The notes under the pieces: generated by a model | The model's input: only the letters and a program-made list of their open reading frames with translations | Told to the model about the DNA's origin: nothing | Database searches by the model: none | NCBI RefSeq assembly: GCF_001194135.2 | Contig: NC_068981.1 | Span: 7,573,727 to 7,614,034, forward strand | Origin: Octopus bimaculoides | Taxonomy: Eukaryota | Length of the DNA: 40,308 bases | Direction: 5' to 3' | Made by a program: the position numbers and the translations under genes | Shown here: piece by piece, positions 35,340 through 40,308 of the stretch | Layout of the letters: each line of letters begins with the position of its first letter | Numbering within the stretch: the first letter of the stretch is position 1

Positions 35340-35880
35340 CGCCTGAATTCCTTAACTCTCAGACAACCGCAGGACTACCACTTCACGAACTGCATTTGAA
35401 GGTTGGCGTGCCAATCATGCTGCTAAAGAATTTAGATGCTTCAATAATGTGTAATGGTACGCGAATGATTATCAAAATATCCATCTGCTCCCGAGTTCTG
35501 CAGGCAGCTGGCAGCTGGCAAAGATGTACTTATAACTCCCATGTCCCTCATTCCCTCCGATACGACCTACAAGTTTAAACGGGTGCAATTTCCCATCAAA
35601 CTCTGCTTTGCCATGACAGTCAACAAGGCGCAGGGACAATCACTGCAAGTGGTTGGTTTGACTCTGACAGAGCAAGTATTCTCACATGGACAACTGTATG
35701 TTGGCTGCTCCCGTGCTGGCATTCCCCCGTGGTTGGTCTTTCCATTTGTGCACTCGAGGGAAGGACGAAAAATGTTGTCTACCAAGAGGCACTCCAACGA
35801 TAACAATGGCAACTTCAACTGCTCCAATTTCAACTCCGCAATTTTTTCATCGTCCCGCCAGCCCACGTAAGTTTAGTCTT
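35340..35880 (+). mobile_element. Helitron RepHel C-terminal (Pif1-type helicase) fragment
   Basis: PEFLNS..GLPLHELHLKVGVPIMLLKNL..CNGTR; QFPIKLCFAMTVNKAQGQSL..VFSHGQLYVGCSR; ends NVVYQEAL. Frameshifted. Confidence 0.92.
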
Positions 35881-35999
35881 GCTTTGCGCTCCTTACTAAC
35901 TCACCATGACTGACATTCTTTTTTTTTTTCTACCAAGATCCATCGTCCAAACAACACTTCGCGTCCACTTCTTCCTTTATTTATCTTTTNNNNNNNNNN

Positions 36000-36060
<61 letters not shown>

Positions 36061-36674
36061 CAGATATATATATATAGAGAAAACAAAGTTATTTTATTCC
36101 AGATTGGTAGAAATATAGGAAAAACAGAAGTTGAAAATGCACTGAGAATAGTTAAAATTATGTTTTATTAATATATTTGAAGCTTCAAACGGTTTCACAT
36201 TTTACACTGATTTTCAAAAAGTTCAAATAGAAAGACATGGCATATCTTGTACCTGTCTTGCTTCTAACAAATATTTGAAGTTTGCCCTGTTTTTATAGGG
36301 AGTTCATGGCTCAAATTAATATGTTTTGAATAATATTTGATTAGTAGAGGATAGTCACATGACAGGTCTTAGAAACGTTTGTAGGTTCCCCGCTACGTCC
36401 GTGTATTAGTATCAAGTGACAATGTTTGGAGTCGTAAGTTATAGCTGATACGTTTGATTGCGCATGTCCAAACAATCAATGCTCTGAATGTTTTCTACGC
36501 ACACACATACATACATATATACACGCGTGTGCGTGTGTGTGTACATAAATGTATATTTCTACGTCATCATTCAGTTTTATTTCAAGATTTCTTGTCAATA
36601 GAGAAAGAACCGGTTTCTAACCTAGATCCAAGGCTCCTTCATTGGAATTTCAACATCAACAGCAGGGTATTTTG

Positions 36675-36708
<34 letters not shown>

Positions 36709-36747
36709 TGTATGGATGGATGGATGGATGGATTGTAGGATGGATGG

Positions 36748-37015
36748 ATGTAGTGAAGGCGGTATAGCCTTAATAGTTAGGATATTCAGTGCACGGTGGT
36801 AAGTTCGATTCCTGGAGTTCAATTTCCGCCGGCGCGTTGTGTCCTTTCATAGTGCCCCAGTCCACTCGGCTGGTAAACATGAGTTGTACCTATGATTTAA
36901 AGGGCTAATCTTTCTACAATCTTTGTCACGGTGAGTCTCCCCGAGAACTACGTTAAGGGCACGCGTGTGTGTGGAGTACTCAGCCACTTACACGTTGATT
37001 CCATGACCGGGTGTC
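36748..37015 (+). mobile_element. tRNA-derived SINE, third family, decayed
   Basis: tagccttaatagttagg (A-box-like), aagttcgattcc/gagttcaatttcc (B-box-like), gcgttgtgtcctt, ..gagaactacgttaagggc. Confidence 0.6.
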
Positions 37016-37124
37016 AGTTTATGTATGTATTGTGTGTATACACATTAATTCATACATACATACATACATTCATTCATACATACATACATTCATTCATACA
37101 TATATATATCTATATCCATACACT

Positions 37125-37156
<32 letters not shown>

Positions 37157-38564
37157 CAGACATAAATACATACATACTAAATCCCAAAGATGGAGCCTTG
37201 TATCATTGTTGGAAACTGGCTTCCTCCTCACTGGAAAATTTGAAGAAACATACATACATTTAAATATATATGAGCATGTCTAGAGATGTAATTATATGCG
37301 TGAGAATACATACAAAACATAGAAATCTTCACATACATACATACATACATACATACATACANNNNNNNNNNNNNNNNNNNNNNNNNNNNNNNNNNNNNNN
37401 NNNNNNNNNNNNNNNNNNNNNNNNNNNNNNNNNNNNNNNNNNNNNNNNNNNNNNNNNNNNNNNNNNNNNNNNNNNNNNNNNNNNNNNNNNNNNNNNNNNN
37501 NNNNNNNNNNNNNNNNNNNNNNNNNNNNNNNNNNNNNNNNNNNNNNNNNNNNNNNNNNNNNNNNNNNNNNNNNNNNNNNNNNNNNNNNNNNNNNNNNNNN
37601 NNNNNNNNNNNNNNNNNNNNNNNNNNNNNNNNNNNNNNNNNNNNNNNNNNNNNNNNNNNNNNNNNNNNNNNNNNNNNNNNNNNNNNNNNNNNNNNNNNNN
37701 NNNNNNNNNNNNNNNNNNNNNNNNNNNNNNNNNNNNNNNNNNNNNNNNNNNNNNNNNNNNNNNNNNNNNNNNNNNNNNNNNNNNNNNNNNNNNNNNNNNN
37801 NNNNNNNNNNNNNNNNNNNNNNNNNNNNNNNNNNNNNNNNNNNNNNNNNNNNNNNNNNNNNNNNNNNNNNNNNNNNNNNNNNNNNNNNNNNNNNNNNNNN
37901 NNNNNNNNNNNNNNNNNNNNNNNNNNNNNNNNNNNNNNNNNNNNNNNNNNNNNNNNNNNNNNNNNNNNNNNNNNNNNNNNNNNNNNNNNNNNNNNNNNNN
38001 NNNNNNNNNNNNNNNNNNNNNNNNNNNNNNNNNNNNNNNNNNNNNNNNNNNNNNNNNNNNNNNNNNNNNNNNNNNNNNNNNNNNNNNNNNNNNNNNNNNN
38101 NNNNNNNNNNNNNNNNNNNNNNNNNNNNNNNNNNNNNNNNNNNNNNNNNNNNNNNNNNNNNNNNNNNNNNNNNAGAGAGAGAGAGAGAGAGAAAGAAAAT
38201 AGAGGCTTGACATATAATTGTTTATGCTTATTGAAATGAAACATGTAAAATATAACTGTCAACATTCTCACTGGTTATTGTACATCCATAATGCGATGGC
38301 ATAATGGTGAGGAGGATTGTTGTTAATGTTCTTCAAAGAATAGGTAATTACCTCCCTTTTCATAATTGTTTTTTTTATTTATGCACTTGATTCATTTGGT
38401 CTATTTATATTCAGTCGTTTCATTGCATCGCTTCCTTGTCACTGCATATAGAATCCGAATATATACTTGCTTTTTCTTGGCATTTTTTATGGATTACGGC
38501 CGAGCAGAACATGAGTGTCATTGGTAGTATACGAAATGGGACGATCCAAATTCCTGACCAATAT

Positions 38565-39491
38565 TTAAATACTGCGAAGCGAAAGACTAACGAACATGAG
38601 CAAGGTTGTGCATCTTAATCTTAATGGTTGTCTGATGAAAGAGAAACCATCACTTTTATTTCTCGCTGAGATGGGTTTAACGTTACATTCGTTGCACATC
38701 CAGGGACATTTAAATTTTGTCTCGAACTTTGCACATATTGATTTCTTTGCAGCATCGCACGGGTCGGATGGATCGGGAAATGTACAGTTCAGGGAACAGT
38801 CCTTGCTAATTATATGTAATTCGTCATAACATGTACACTTACACGTATCGGGGTCCAGGTGACCACCATTGTAACAAATTTCGTTATGGCATTTAAAAAT
38901 TTTTATCTCGTCTTTACATTCTTTATAAATGGGTTCTTTCGGATCTTCAACAGGAGCGTAGTTGCAGACCCGAAAATCACCGAGATTGGAACAGATTGAC
39001 ACCGCACAGCCAATGTGATGAGATGTGCTGCGTATCATCTTCTTATATGAATCTGCAACACCTTCTCGTGGATCAGAATTATTAAATGATAACATTTCTG
39101 TATGCCATGCTCTCAATAATCCATCCCAGGTGGTGTATCCCATGCCAATGTTCTGATCAACATTATATCTACCAGGTACCTTATTATATTCTCTCTTAAT
39201 CTTCTTAAATTCACAGTTGTTTGCCCATTGCTGTGCAAGGAAAGCAAGTTCTACATTCCAGTATAATGGAAACATGCTGCATGGTTTAGGATTAACGTCT
39301 TCCCGGTAGTGGTTATGTATAGTCAATATTATGTACTGTTCAGCTGCACTAACTTCCACTGCTTCTACACACTTTGGCGACTTTTTTAAACAAGCCACAT
39401 GGTCAGGGTTAAATCTATACCTTTCAGGGCATTTATCAACTTTATCGCACAAGCCCACTATAAGCAGTAAATGTATCCACATTAAATGCAT
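38565..39491 (-). CDS. CAP/CRISP-like copy 4 (308 aa), intact, CDS intronless
   Basis: MHLMWIHLLLIVGLC signal; IHNHYRE, WNVELAFLAQQWANNC, DQNIG, WHTE, IGCAVSIC, RVCNYAP, CYNGG..CKCTC, ShKT-like C-x8-C-x7-C-x8-C-x3-C-x2-C, hydrophobic tail. The track start at 39686 is GTG. Confidence 0.92.
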   Translation of the reverse strand: MHLMWIHLLLIVGLCDKVDKCPERYRFNPDHVACLKKSPKCVEAVEVSAAEQYIILTIHNHYREDVNPKPCSMFPLYWNVELAFLAQQWANNCEFKKIKREYNKVPGRYNVDQNIGMGYTTWDGLLRAWHTEMLSFNNSDPREGVADSYKKMIRSTSHHIGCAVSICSNLGDFRVCNYAPVEDPKEPIYKECKDEIKIFKCHNEICYNGGHLDPDTCKCTCYDELHIISKDCSLNCTFPDPSDPCDAAKKSICAKFETKFKCPWMCNECNVKPISARNKSDGFSFIRQPLRLRCTTLLMFVSLSLRSI

Positions 39492-39977
39492 AATCTCTCC
39501 AAAATTTCCTATTCTTTTACTTGTAGAATATACTGCAATGTTCTTTAGAAGCGGAATATTTCCTGTAACAGCTTTAATAAAATTCCATATCCTTTTGCTG
39601 TTCATTAGAAATAATGATATTAAAATGGTTATTGTTATTAGGGTGTTTTGAATTTTAAAATGTTTCGCAAAATCTTTTAAATGCACTCACGTAATCCTGT
39701 AATCACAGTTGGTCACTTAGCTATATCCTTTATAGAGTCCATTCTATAGGTATCGAATAATTTAGAAAGCTTGTCTTGATGTTGAAATCGTCTCTTATTA
39801 TAAGGTGAATGTGTCTCATTAAATGCTTATAGTCATATATTTATCATAATATAAACGTTCGTTTATATTTAGTTAACATGAAGTGAAGCCACGTAATGCA
39901 AAACGCCAAGTCGTTAAAATAAATCACGAGATAAATATTCTCAAAACGCAGAAGTTAAAAATATGATGTTACAATCT

Positions 39978-40165
39978 TTTATTCTTTACTCGTTTCGTTT
40001 ATCATACTGCGGCCATGCTGCAGCACTGCCTTGGATAATTTTAGTGGAAGAATCGACCGCAGTCGTTTATTGTTTGTTGTTTAAAGTCTGATACTTATTG
40101 TATCCGTCATTTTGCCGACGTAAACACACCAAGACGGGTTGTCGAACGGTGATGGGAGACAAACA
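39978..40165 (-). mobile_element. 3' half of the 1143-type SINE
   Basis: Reverse complement of the family tail (..tgtttacgtcggcaaaa..cagcatggccgcagt..gaaacgagtaaaagaataaaag). Confidence 0.7.
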
Positions 40166-40308
40166 GACATATATATTGTATATTATATTATATACTGTAT
40201 ATTCCATATTCTATACCCCACATTGGTTCTGCAGGAATATAAATAAAACATAAAAAACAGACAGTGTTAGAACTCCTTTAAACTAAATAATATATTCCTC
40301 TATACACA

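Overview
Eukaryotic, AT-rich, microsatellite- and transposon-dense draft scaffold with 8 N-gaps. The SINE and LINE families look like those of Octopus (inference, not a database result). All host genes are on the minus strand with uninterrupted CDSs. One is a divergent calcineurin B retrogene-like copy (2160-2666). The other four form a co-oriented cluster of CAP/CRISP-like genes (signal peptide, CAP, EGF-like Cys module, ShKT-like module, hydrophobic C-tail): copy 1 is intact (8142-9047), copy 2 is a frameshifted pseudogene (15177-16081), copy 3 spans a gap (26575-27483) and copy 4 is intact (38565-39491). The rest is decayed CRE-like, RTE, CR1-like and I-like LINEs, tRNA-derived SINEs, Helitron fragments and MITEs. 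Best leads: (1) a tRNA-headed SINE ending in a minimal hammerhead-ribozyme fold, preceded by an inverted copy of its own tail (a Penelope-type signature), plus a second repeat family with a variant hammerhead core; (2) CAP copies 3 and 4 share a near-identical ~515 bp promoter/UTR/signal-peptide block that stops at the signal-peptide boundary, while their mature regions are deeply diverged; (3) these CAP proteins have lost the His/Glu tetrad and have GPI-like tails; (4) a PHD finger sits inside the RT of two RTE LINEs. Several ORF-track starts are GTG/TTG and were corrected to the first plausible ATG. All alignments and counts were done by eye.
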